NCBI GenBank assembly: GCA_023381555.1
Contig: JAMCRV010000114.1
Coordinates: 2,899-66,898 of the forward strand
Length of the DNA stretch: 64,000 bases
Direction: 5' to 3'
Origin: Chloroflexota bacterium
GTDB lineage: Bacteria; Chloroflexota; UBA4733
Position 1 is the stretch's first letter. Each line of letters begins with the position of its first letter. Of this stretch, positions 9,177 to 17,948 are shown piece after piece. The notes beneath the pieces are model-generated. The model was not told the DNA's origin. It searched no databases and saw nothing but the letters and a program-made list of their open reading frames with translations. Made by a program: the position numbers and the translations under genes.

Positions 9177-10644
9177 CGACACGATAGCCTCGGGGAAGGA
9201 AGCGGCCCAGAGACGGGCCGCGCTGGGGCGCTGGCGAGCGCGCGGTGTCAACCCCTATCCACCCACATTTCATCCCTCCCATACAGCCGTGGAAGCTGGT
9301 GCGCAGGCAGACAGTGAAACGAGTGTCGTGATCGCCGGGAGACTCGGCGCCCTACGGGAGCACGGTCGCATTGCCTTTAGCCACCTCATCGATGACAGCG
9401 GTTCCGTACAGCTTATGTTTCGAAAGGATGTCTTCGGCGAGGCACACTGGGGCATGCTACGGGATCTCCACGCCGGGGACATTGTTGGGGTGGCGGGTGG
9501 TACTTTGCGGTCGCGCGCTGGAGAGCCGTCGGTGTTGGTACGCCAGCTCACGTTGCTGGCGAAGGCGCTCCAGCCGCCTCCTGAGAAGTTCCACGGTCTT
9601 CAGGATGTCGAGCTCCGGTTGCGTAAGCGTTACCTCGATCTCATGGCGAATCCTGCCGTTCGTGAGCTCTTTCGCCAGCGCACGCTTCTCGTAACGCTGA
9701 TGCGCAGTGAGCTCGATCGGCGGGGCTTCCTCGAAGTGGAAACGCCTGTGCTCCAGCCACTCTACGGCGGCGCCGCGGCGAGACCATTTGTTACCCATCA
9801 CAATGAGCTTGAGCAGACCTTGTACCTGCGGATCTCCGATGAACTGTACCTGAAGCGGCTCATCATCGGCGGGTTTCCGAAGGTCTATGAGATTGGTCAT
9901 GACTTTCGCAACGAGGGTGTGTCTCACCGTCATAACCCCGAGTTCACGATGATGGAGCTGTACTGGGCCTATGCCGATTACATCGACATCATGGATCTCA
10001 CGGAAGAAGTGGTCTGTGCCATTGTCCAGGGCGTGACAGGATCGACTTCTGTAACGTATCAGGGATCCAAGCTCGACTTTGCTCCACCTTGGCGCCGGCT
10101 GTCCATGCGTGAGGCACTGTTGCACGCCACAGGACTCGATTTTGGTCAGTTGCGAGATGAAGCTTCGCTGGCGATGGCCTGCCGTGAGCGTGGCCTCTCT
10201 ACTCAAGGCGCGAAAACCTGGGGCAAAATGATCGATGAGCTGGTAAAGACGTACGTTGAGCCAGCGCTGGTTCAGCCGGCATTCCTCGTGGACTACCCCT
10301 GGGAGTTATCTCCCCTAGCGAAGCGCCATCGGGATGATCCGCTCCTTGTGGAACGGTTTGAGGCGTTCGCAGCTGGATTTGAGTTCGCGAATGCCTTCTC
10401 GGAGCTCAACGATCCAGATGATCAGAGGTTGCGCTTCCTTGAGCAAGAACGCGCAGCGAAGGCCGGAGACGAGGAAGCGCACCAGCTCGACGAAGACTAC
10501 ATTGAAGCTCTGGAGCACGGGATGCCGCCGACTGGTGGGCTTGGTATTGGCATTGACCGGCTCACGATGCTCATCACCGACCGGCACTCCATACGAGAGG
10601 TTATCTTGTTTCCACATCTGCGTCGCCTGGAGCAGGAAGGTTAG
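9169..10644 (+). CDS. lysS: lysine--tRNA ligase (class II)
   Basis: Contains FRNEGVSHRHNPEFTMMELYWAY and the C-terminal GGLGIGIDRL motif. I chose GTG 9169, which overlaps the birA stop (GTGATTGA) and is preceded by GGAGGAGGAG. The track ORF starts at 9031 inside birA. Confidence 0.9.
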   Translation: MIDDTIASGKEAAQRRAALGRWRARGVNPYPPTFHPSHTAVEAGAQADSETSVVIAGRLGALREHGRIAFSHLIDDSGSVQLMFRKDVFGEAHWGMLRDLHAGDIVGVAGGTLRSRAGEPSVLVRQLTLLAKALQPPPEKFHGLQDVELRLRKRYLDLMANPAVRELFRQRTLLVTLMRSELDRRGFLEVETPVLQPLYGGAAARPFVTHHNELEQTLYLRISDELYLKRLIIGGFPKVYEIGHDFRNEGVSHRHNPEFTMMELYWAYADYIDIMDLTEEVVCAIVQGVTGSTSVTYQGSKLDFAPPWRRLSMREALLHATGLDFGQLRDEASLAMACRERGLSTQGAKTWGKMIDELVKTYVEPALVQPAFLVDYPWELSPLAKRHRDDPLLVERFEAFAAGFEFANAFSELNDPDDQRLRFLEQERAAKAGDEEAHQLDEDYIEALEHGMPPTGGLGIGIDRLTMLITDRHSIREVILFPHLRRLEQEG

Positions 10645-10646
10645 CA

Positions 10647-11915
10647 ATGCTGGCGCCATCATTAATCCGTGACCATCCCGAGCGCATTCGGCGGGCCCTT
10701 TCTCGGCGCCACGATCCGGGGCCACTTGACGATCTGCTTACACTCGATGTAAGCCGTAGGGAACTGCTCCAAGAGAGCCAGACACTCAGGCAGGAACGCA
10801 ACACGATCAATGAAGCCGTCAAGACGGCGGGCAGACCTACCGGTGATCAGCGCCAGCGTATGCGGGCGCTTGCCGAGCGTTTGAGGGAGGTTGAGACCAA
10901 GCTCAGCGAGACAGAGGGGTTGTTCAACGACCTGCTTCTGCGAGTTCCAAACATACCCCATGAGACGGTCCCCGAGGGGCGCGACGCCGCAGAGAACGTC
11001 GAAGTCCGCCGCTGGGGGCAAGCCCCGGCCATATCGTGCGCCCCACGGCCACACTGGGAGTTGGGAGTAAGTCTCGGCATCGTGGATTTTGATCGAGGCG
11101 CCAAGCTCGCGGGGTCGCGGTTCTACGTGCTCAAGGGGCTGGGGGCCAGATTGCAGCGCGCTCTCATCGCGTTCTTCCTCGATCGTCACGTGGAGCAGCA
11201 GGGATACACAGAGATGGGTCTTCCGTATCTGATCCGGAGTGCTGCAATGCAGGGATCAGGGAAACTGCCGAAGTTTGCGGATGACTCCTACTACCTCGAA
11301 CAAGATGATCTCTGGCTCAACCCGACTGCTGAAGTGCCGCTGACGGACTTGCATCGCGATGAAATACTCGATGGCGCCCTGCTGCCGTTGCGTTACACCG
11401 CCTACTGCCCATCATGGCGTCGTGAGGCGGGTGCAGCTGGACGTGACACCCGTGGCCTGATTCGTGTGCACCAGTTTCACAAGGTGGAGATGTACGCCTT
11501 CACGCGCCCTGAGGACTCGTATGACGAGTTCCAACGGATGGTCGGACACGCGGAAGAGCTCTTGCAGGCCCTTGGCCTTCACTACCGCGTGCTTCGCCTA
11601 TGTACGGGTGATCTTGGCTTCGCCGCAACAGATACCTACGATCTCGAGGTGTGGCTCCCGGCAGCCATGGAGTTTCGTGAGATCTCTTCAGTGAGCAACT
11701 GTGAGGATTTTCAAGCTCGCCGTGCGAGCATCCGGTTTCGCCGTGCGCCAGGTGAGCGGTTGGAGTTCGTCCACACACTTAATGGCTCTGGGTTGCCGAT
11801 CGACCGCACAATCGCAGCGATCTTGGAAAATGGGCAGCAGCCGGACGGATCGATCGTTCTTCCGAAGGTGCTACAACCGTACATGGGAACCGAGATCATC
11901 GCTCCGGAGAACTGA
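10647..11915 (+). CDS. serS: serine--tRNA ligase
   Basis: 422-aa ORF with an N-terminal coiled-coil arm and class II core motifs (RVHQFHKVEM, GSGLPIDRTIAAILEN). Confidence 0.92.
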   Translation: MLAPSLIRDHPERIRRALSRRHDPGPLDDLLTLDVSRRELLQESQTLRQERNTINEAVKTAGRPTGDQRQRMRALAERLREVETKLSETEGLFNDLLLRVPNIPHETVPEGRDAAENVEVRRWGQAPAISCAPRPHWELGVSLGIVDFDRGAKLAGSRFYVLKGLGARLQRALIAFFLDRHVEQQGYTEMGLPYLIRSAAMQGSGKLPKFADDSYYLEQDDLWLNPTAEVPLTDLHRDEILDGALLPLRYTAYCPSWRREAGAAGRDTRGLIRVHQFHKVEMYAFTRPEDSYDEFQRMVGHAEELLQALGLHYRVLRLCTGDLGFAATDTYDLEVWLPAAMEFREISSVSNCEDFQARRASIRFRRAPGERLEFVHTLNGSGLPIDRTIAAILENGQQPDGSIVLPKVLQPYMGTEIIAPEN

Positions 11916-12475
11916 TGGCTACCGAGTGCGTCGCTGCGCAGCTCTATCTGTGGCGCTCACGTGTGTGGCTCCGCGCCCATCCGAAAGTGTGGGGACCTCT
12001 CGCTGTTGCGTGCCTACTAGTAAGTGGTCTGACGGTCTACAGTCGCTTGTACGCCCCCCAACTCGAGGTGTCTCGCTGCATGCCGTATGCAGTACGTGCA
12101 GACCCTTCTTGGGATATGAGGCTCATTCCCCACGCAACCTGTGGCGATCCTGTCCTCATGGATCAGTATGTATTGACCTGGCGTGGAGCGCGACTCACGC
12201 TGACGGTGGCAGCAGTGCCCTCGGAGAGCAGCCGTGTAAGAGATCAGGCAGAGCTCTCGAAACTTGAGTCGACGATCCATCATACGCCGTCTGGGCAGGC
12301 CTACAGCCTGATCGATGAGCCTCAAGGACCTGTGTCGGTACTGAGAGCCGCATTGGCCGGCGGTGGCTACAGCTACATCCTGAAGCTTCAGGGTGGCAGC
12401 AACGCGCGTGAGGTTCGTGAGGCGCTCGTGGCAATCATTGCACGCTGGCAAACGCACGCCCTTGAACATACGTAG
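11915..12475 (+). CDS. hypothetical membrane-anchored protein
   Basis: 186-aa ORF with a single N-terminal hydrophobic helix. Its start overlaps the serS stop (TGATG). Confidence 0.5.
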   Translation: MATECVAAQLYLWRSRVWLRAHPKVWGPLAVACLLVSGLTVYSRLYAPQLEVSRCMPYAVRADPSWDMRLIPHATCGDPVLMDQYVLTWRGARLTLTVAAVPSESSRVRDQAELSKLESTIHHTPSGQAYSLIDEPQGPVSVLRAALAGGGYSYILKLQGGSNAREVREALVAIIARWQTHALEHT

Positions 12476-12488
12476 GGCTGGATAGGGA

Positions 12489-12607
12489 CTAAATCAAACC
12501 AGAATGGCGTTGCGAAGGAGGTCCTCTCTCCCTCCCCCAAGCTTGATGCTGTGGGGGAGGGGTGGCGAGCCGGGGTGAGGGCTTCGCCTTTCGCAACACC
12601 ACCGTGG
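12489..12607. repeat. 119-nt palindromic intergenic element, copy 1
   Basis: Near-identical to 21297..21425. It has nested inverted repeats: GCGTTGCGAAGG/CCTTTCGCAAC outer, and CCCTCCCCC/GGGGGAGGG inner. Confidence 0.85.
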
Positions 12608-12793
12608 AAGGACTAGGCGATGCTGTGCTGAGGCTTCATAGGGAGTTTATTGGATTTTCATTAGCTCTAACGCGCCTATAATTCCGAATGCCTACACTGC
12701 CAACCAGACAGAGACAGCGCCCCAGCGTCCTTCCCGTGACATAGGGGGGTCAACGCTGGAGGCCGCCCCATCTCTGAAAGGAGCAACGGATTG

Positions 12794-15391
12794 ATGAACC
12801 TGAACAGACTCACAGAAAAGTCAGCAGCAGCATTGGATGCTGCACGCAGACTTGCCGAGGAGCACCGGCACACACAAATTGAACCAGATCACTTACTCGC
12901 AGCGCTTGTTACCCAGGACGACGGGGTGGTGCCCGCTGTCCTTAGCTCCCTTGGCGTCGGTACGAGCGATCTCGCGCAACGCCTCGAGACTAATCTCCAC
13001 TCGTTGCCTCGCACTTCATCGACGGCGCAAGCGTACGTGGCTCCCGAGCTTGCCCGGGTGCTCGACAATGCAGAGCGCGAAGCACAGCAGCTGAAAGATG
13101 ACTTCATCTCTACAGAGCATCTTCTCCTTGCCCTTGTCCGCGATGATGAGCGATCTCGGGCGGGCCTACTGCTTCGCACTCTGGGGGTCACGCGTGAGAA
13201 GGTCCTGTCCGCGTTGCGACAGGTTCGTGGTGGGCAGCGCGTGCAGACTCAGAACCCTGAGACGACCTACCAGGCTCTGCAGCGCTACGGTCGGGACCTC
13301 ACGGTCTTAGCGCGAGAGGGCAAGCTCGATCCGGTTATTGGTCGAGACGAAGAGGTGCGACGAGTCATCCAGGTGCTCTCGCGCCGGACTAAAAACAACC
13401 CTGTCCTCATTGGTGAGCCCGGAGTAGGCAAGACCGCCATTGTGGAGGGACTGGCTCAGCGGATCGCACGCGGAGATGTGCCCGAAGGGCTCAAAGACCA
13501 CCGCGTTGTCGCTCTGGATCTCGGTGCGCTCGTTGCCGGAGCGAAGTTCCGCGGAGAGTTCGAAGAGCGGCTCAAGGCCGTTCTCAAAGAAGTGACAGAG
13601 AGTCGGGGCGAGGTCATCCTCTTCATCGACGAGCTGCACACCGTCGTTGGTGCGGGAGCGGCTGAGGGCGCGATGGATGCCAGCAACATGCTGAAGCCGA
13701 TGCTGGCCCGTGGTGAGCTTCACGCGATCGGAGCAACGACGCTCGATGAGTATCGAAAGCACATCGAAAAGGATGCTGCGCTCGAGCGCCGTTTCCAGCC
13801 AGTACTTGTCGGCGAGCCCTCTGTCGAAGACACGATCTCGATTCTGCGCGGTCTGCGCGAGCGCTATGAGCAGCACCACAAGGTGCGAATCCGCGACGCA
13901 GCGCTTGTGGCGGCAGCAGTCTTGAGCAATCGCTACATCTCTGACCGCTTCCTGCCGGATAAAGCGATTGACCTAGTGGATGAGGCAGCATCGCGCTTGC
14001 GTATGGAAGCAACCAGCAGGCCAGCAGAGCTTGACGAAGTGCTGCGACGGCTTATGCAGCTTGAGATTGAGCGCGAGGGCTTGCGTCGTGAGACGGACGG
14101 AGCGAGTCAACAGCGTCTGCAGAAGCTTGAAGGAGAGCTGGCAACGCTCCGAGAGGAGGCACACGCGCTCGAGACGCGCTGGCAGCATGAGCTCCAGCTG
14201 CTCAACAGGGTTGGTCAGTTGAAGCAACGGTTGGAGTCGATACGGAACGAGATCGAACAGGCGATGAGCCGCGGGGACCCGGAGCGCGCAGCGCGTCTTC
14301 GCTATGGTGATCTACGTGAGCTGGAGCAACAGCTGCAAACGGCTGAGTCTGAGCAGCAGCAACTCGGTTCACGCCTCGTTCGCGAGGAGGTTACCGAAGA
14401 GGACATCGCCGTAGTGGTGAGCAGATGGACTGGCGTCCCCGTGTCGCGGCTCATGCAAGGGGAGCTCGAGAAGCTCGTTCACATGGAAGCGGGCCTGCGT
14501 AAGCGCGTCGTCGGACAAGAAGACGCCCTAGCGGCTGTAGCCAACGCTGTGCGGGCGGCTCGGGCCGGACTTCAGGATCCTAACAAGCCACTCGGCTCGT
14601 TCCTCTTCCTGGGGCCTACGGGAGTAGGAAAGACGGAGACGGCCCGTGCCCTGGCGGAGTTCCTCTTCGATAGCGAGGCAGCAATGGTCCGCATCGACAT
14701 GTCGGAGTACCAGGAAAAACACACTGTATCGCGGCTCATCGGTGCGCCGCCGGGCTACGTCGGCTATGAAGAGGCGGGCCAGTTGACCGAGGCCATCCGG
14801 CGCCGTCCGTACTCTGTGTGCCTCTTCGACGAGGCCGAAAAGGCACACCCGGAGGTGCTCAACGTTCTCCTGCAGCTTCTGGATGATGGGCGTCTCACGG
14901 ACGGACAGGGAAGGACCGTTGATTTCCGGAACACTATCGTCATTATGACGAGTAACCTGGGTAGCCAGTGGATCACGGATCCTCAGCTTAACTGGGACGA
15001 TATCCAGGCGCGTGTCTTCGAAGCTGTGCGGTCCTATTTCCGGCCCGAGCTGCTCAACCGCATCGATGACATCATCATCTTCCACCAGCTTGGCAAAGAG
15101 GAGATTGCCCGCATCATAGACATTCAGCTGGACGCAGTGCGCCAGCGGCTGGCCGATCGTCACATTGAGATCGAGCTGACGCAGGAGGCCCAGCAGCTCT
15201 TGGTAAGCGCAGGATTCGATCCGGTGTATGGCGCCCGACCACTGAAGCGCGTGTTGCAGCGACAAATCGTTCAGCCGCTCGCACTGCGACTGCTGGAGGG
15301 TTCAGTCCATGATGGCGACAGCGTGGTCATCGACGCTGCTGATGGAGCGTTTCAGTTCCGGGCCGAGAGGCGCGTAGCCGTGCCGGCATGA
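12794..15391 (+). CDS. clpB: ATP-dependent chaperone ClpB
   Basis: About 865 aa with two AAA+ modules ([18 protein letters not shown]) and a long middle coiled coil. The N-terminus is [10 protein letters not shown]. Confidence 0.95.
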   Translation: MNLNRLTEKSAAALDAARRLAEEHRHTQIEPDHLLAALVTQDDGVVPAVLSSLGVGTSDLAQRLETNLHSLPRTSSTAQAYVAPELARVLDNAEREAQQLKDDFISTEHLLLALVRDDERSRAGLLLRTLGVTREKVLSALRQVRGGQRVQTQNPETTYQALQRYGRDLTVLAREGKLDPVIGRDEEVRRVIQVLSRRTKNNPVLIGEPGVGKTAIVEGLAQRIARGDVPEGLKDHRVVALDLGALVAGAKFRGEFEERLKAVLKEVTESRGEVILFIDELHTVVGAGAAEGAMDASNMLKPMLARGELHAIGATTLDEYRKHIEKDAALERRFQPVLVGEPSVEDTISILRGLRERYEQHHKVRIRDAALVAAAVLSNRYISDRFLPDKAIDLVDEAASRLRMEATSRPAELDEVLRRLMQLEIEREGLRRETDGASQQRLQKLEGELATLREEAHALETRWQHELQLLNRVGQLKQRLESIRNEIEQAMSRGDPERAARLRYGDLRELEQQLQTAESEQQQLGSRLVREEVTEEDIAVVVSRWTGVPVSRLMQGELEKLVHMEAGLRKRVVGQEDALAAVANAVRAARAGLQDPNKPLGSFLFLGPTGVGKTETARALAEFLFDSEAAMVRIDMSEYQEKHTVSRLIGAPPGYVGYEEAGQLTEAIRRRPYSVCLFDEAEKAHPEVLNVLLQLLDDGRLTDGQGRTVDFRNTIVIMTSNLGSQWITDPQLNWDDIQARVFEAVRSYFRPELLNRIDDIIIFHQLGKEEIARIIDIQLDAVRQRLADRHIEIELTQEAQQLLVSAGFDPVYGARPLKRVLQRQIVQPLALRLLEGSVHDGDSVVIDAADGAFQFRAERRVAVPA

Positions 15392-15414
15392 TGTAGCGTT
15401 TCGAATACGGAAGC

Positions 15415-15457
15415 GCGAGCGGAGGGGTGCACTGCCATAGGGCATCCCTCCGCTCGC
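15415..15457 (+). terminator. hairpin terminator after clpB
   Basis: GCGAGCGGAGGG...CCCTCCGCTCGC is a perfect 12-bp stem 24 nt after the clpB stop, followed by TTATGATT. Confidence 0.55.
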
Positions 15458-15527
15458 TTATGATTAAGGTGATCAAGCGTACTCGCCACGTCGAGGTACA
15501 GAGAAAGTACGGAGGAGGAATGCGATC

Positions 15528-17009
15528 GTGACATCAGCAGTGAATACCAGCGTCGTGGAGTGTCGCAATCTCATCAACGGTGAATGGCGCACGAGCTCGA
15601 GTGGAAAGACGCTCTCCCGGGAGAACCCAGCTGATACCCGTGAGATCGTGTGTCGGTATCAGGATTCAACGGCCGATGATGTGGCGGCTGCTTGTGAAGC
15701 GGCAGCAAAGGCGTCTGAATCGTGGGCTGCACTGGCGGGTCCCGCACGTGGGGAATATCTTCGCAAGGCCGCAGATGTGCTCGAGTCACGGCTCGAGGAT
15801 GTCGCGGTGACGATGACCAGAGAGATGGGCAAGACGATCGGCGAGGCGCGCGGTGAGACGCGCCGTGGTGTGACCATTCTGCGGTACTATGCCCAAGAAG
15901 GTCTGCGTGAGCTTGGATTGACTATTCCGTCTTCCGATGCTCGCACCCTCATGTACACCACTCGCGTGCCGCTCGGATCTGTTGCGCTCATCACCCCGTG
16001 GAACTTCCCTATCGCGATTCCACTGTGGAAGATGGCTCCGGCACTCATTTATGGCAACACCGTCGTGCTCAAGCCCGCAAGCTTGGCAACTGCCACTGCG
16101 ACCAAAATCGTCGAGTGCCTTGTTGAATCTGGAATTCCGGCGGGCGTAGTCAACCTCGTGGGCGGAGCGGGCAGTCGTGTTGGCAAGGCGCTCATGGCCC
16201 ATCCTAAGATCCACGCCTTGAGCTTCACAGGCTCAAACGAAGTGGGGCGGGGCCTGGCAGTCCAGGCATTGGAGCGGGGAGTGAAGTACCAGCTCGAGAT
16301 GGGCGGAAAGAATCCCGTCATCGTTTGTGATGATGCCGATCTCGATCAGGCCGTGGAGCTGACCGTCTCCGGGGCAATGCGTACTACTGGTCAAAAGTGT
16401 ACGGCCACGAGCCGGGCCATTATCATGGAGCCGCTCTACAAGGAGTTTTCCGAGCGTGTGGTGGCGCGCTGTCGCTCGCTCAAGATTGGGTCGGGCTTGG
16501 ATGAGAGTGTCTATCTGGGTCCCGCCGTCTCGAAGGACCAGATGGAGACGGACCTCAGGTATATCAGTCTCGGGAAGCAAGAAGGTGCACGCGTTTTGTG
16601 CGGCGGAGGCCAGCCTCGGAGTCCCGGTCTGGAATACGGCTACTTCGTTGAGCCCACGGTCTTCGACGAGGTTTTTCCGGGCATGCGTATTGCTCAGGAG
16701 GAGATCTTCGGCCCCGTGCTCGGTCTCATCAAGGCAAGGTCCTTTGAAGAAGCGGTGGAATTCGCGAACGCCATTCAGTACGGTCTCAGTGCCTCAGTGT
16801 TTACACGGGACATCAATCGCGCACTAGCTTTCGCTACAGGGATCGAGGCCGGAATGGTCCGCGTAAATGGCGAGACCGCCGGTGTCGAGCCCCAGGCTCC
16901 GTTTGGTGGTATGAAGGCATCGAGCTCGCATTCACGAGAGCAGGGCCGGGCCGCCCTGGAGTTCTTCACGTCGGTGAAGACCGTAGCCATTTCTCCGACT
17001 CCCCGCTGA
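15528..17009 (+). CDS. NAD(P)-dependent aldehyde dehydrogenase
   Basis: 493-aa ORF with ALDH motifs FTGSNEVGR, EMGGKNP, GQKCTATSR. GTG start preceded by GGAGGAGGA. Confidence 0.9.
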   Translation: MTSAVNTSVVECRNLINGEWRTSSSGKTLSRENPADTREIVCRYQDSTADDVAAACEAAAKASESWAALAGPARGEYLRKAADVLESRLEDVAVTMTREMGKTIGEARGETRRGVTILRYYAQEGLRELGLTIPSSDARTLMYTTRVPLGSVALITPWNFPIAIPLWKMAPALIYGNTVVLKPASLATATATKIVECLVESGIPAGVVNLVGGAGSRVGKALMAHPKIHALSFTGSNEVGRGLAVQALERGVKYQLEMGGKNPVIVCDDADLDQAVELTVSGAMRTTGQKCTATSRAIIMEPLYKEFSERVVARCRSLKIGSGLDESVYLGPAVSKDQMETDLRYISLGKQEGARVLCGGGQPRSPGLEYGYFVEPTVFDEVFPGMRIAQEEIFGPVLGLIKARSFEEAVEFANAIQYGLSASVFTRDINRALAFATGIEAGMVRVNGETAGVEPQAPFGGMKASSSHSREQGRAALEFFTSVKTVAISPTPR

Positions 17010-17121
17010 TCACATTGCGATGGCCTGCGCGGTCAGCTTGGCCCGCACCTACCCTATCTACACCGGTGGCCGGTTGGTGCGCTAAAGCTACCGGCTATAT
17101 TTTGTTCGAAAGGAAACAATA

Positions 17122-17508
17122 ATGGCCGCAAGCGCCATAGATCGTACGGAAGCTCCACCGATTTGGGGATTCGTCCTGCTCGGCTTGGTGGGTGGCTTGC
17201 TCTCCGGGTTTTTCGGCATCGGTGGTGGTGTGGTGTTCGTTCCGTCGATGGTGGCGGTTTTTGCGATCAAGCAACAACGTGCTCAGGGCACGTCGCTCGC
17301 CATCATCATTCCGACGGCACTCCTAGGACTCGTCACCTACAGCCTCCACCATCCGCTTCGCTGGGGCATTGCGCTACCGATGATGGTTGGGGCGGTTTTG
17401 TTTGCCTTTCTCGGCGCCACCGTAGCGGCGCGCGTTCCCGCGACGTTCCTTAAAGTGCTGTTCTTCATCCTGATTGTGTTCAGCGCTGTGCGTTTGTTCT
17501 TGACCTAG
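17122..17508 (+). CDS. TauE/SafE-family membrane protein, half-size (N-half-like)
   Basis: 128 aa with about 4 TM segments and the family-typical GLLSGFFGIGGGVVFVP motif. Confidence 0.7.
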   Translation: MAASAIDRTEAPPIWGFVLLGLVGGLLSGFFGIGGGVVFVPSMVAVFAIKQQRAQGTSLAIIIPTALLGLVTYSLHHPLRWGIALPMMVGAVLFAFLGATVAARVPATFLKVLFFILIVFSAVRLFLT

Positions 17509-17543
17509 CGTTCGTACTGAGTGCGACAGAGGAGGCAGTCGGC

Positions 17544-17948
17544 GTGTCATCGGTAGATGTCTGGGCGTTTCTCATCGGCGTGCTTGCGGGAACCCTGAGC
17601 GGTCTGCTCGGTATAGGTGGTGGCATCGTCATGGTCCCGCTCATGGCCTTGGGACTTGGCTTGGAGCAGCACATCGCGCAGGAGATCTCGCTCTCTGTCA
17701 TCGTTCCTACAACCATTTCCGGGGCCCTCACGAGTGCCCGAAAGGGCAACGTGGATTGGCGACTGGCAGGATTCCTCGTCATTGGCGCATTGATGGGTAG
17801 CCTCATTGGCGCGTCGCTCTCAAACCAGCTCTCAGCCGTAGTTCTCCGTAAGCTTTTCGCCGTTGCACTGGTGATTCTGGGATACAGGACTCTTCCCACC
17901 GCCGTGCGCATTGACCTGCGGAAGCGCCTGCAGTTTTGGCGCTCGTAA
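17544..17948 (+). CDS. TauE/SafE-family membrane protein, half-size (second copy)
   Basis: 134 aa with about 4 TM segments and GLLGIGGGIVMVP. It has its own GAGGAGG Shine-Dalgarno and a GTG start 35 nt after the upstream stop. Confidence 0.7.
   Translation: MSSVDVWAFLIGVLAGTLSGLLGIGGGIVMVPLMALGLGLEQHIAQEISLSVIVPTTISGALTSARKGNVDWRLAGFLVIGALMGSLIGASLSNQLSAVVLRKLFAVALVILGYRTLPTAVRIDLRKRLQFWRS

Noticed and set aside
12660-12790. clpB upstream region, containing a perfect TATAAT at 12677..12682. It was also checked for a CIRCE-type heat-shock operator.
   Set aside because: There is no acceptable -35 hexamer at 16-18 nt spacing and no TTAGCACTC-N9-GAGTGCTAA-like inverted repeat. A promoter call would be a guess.
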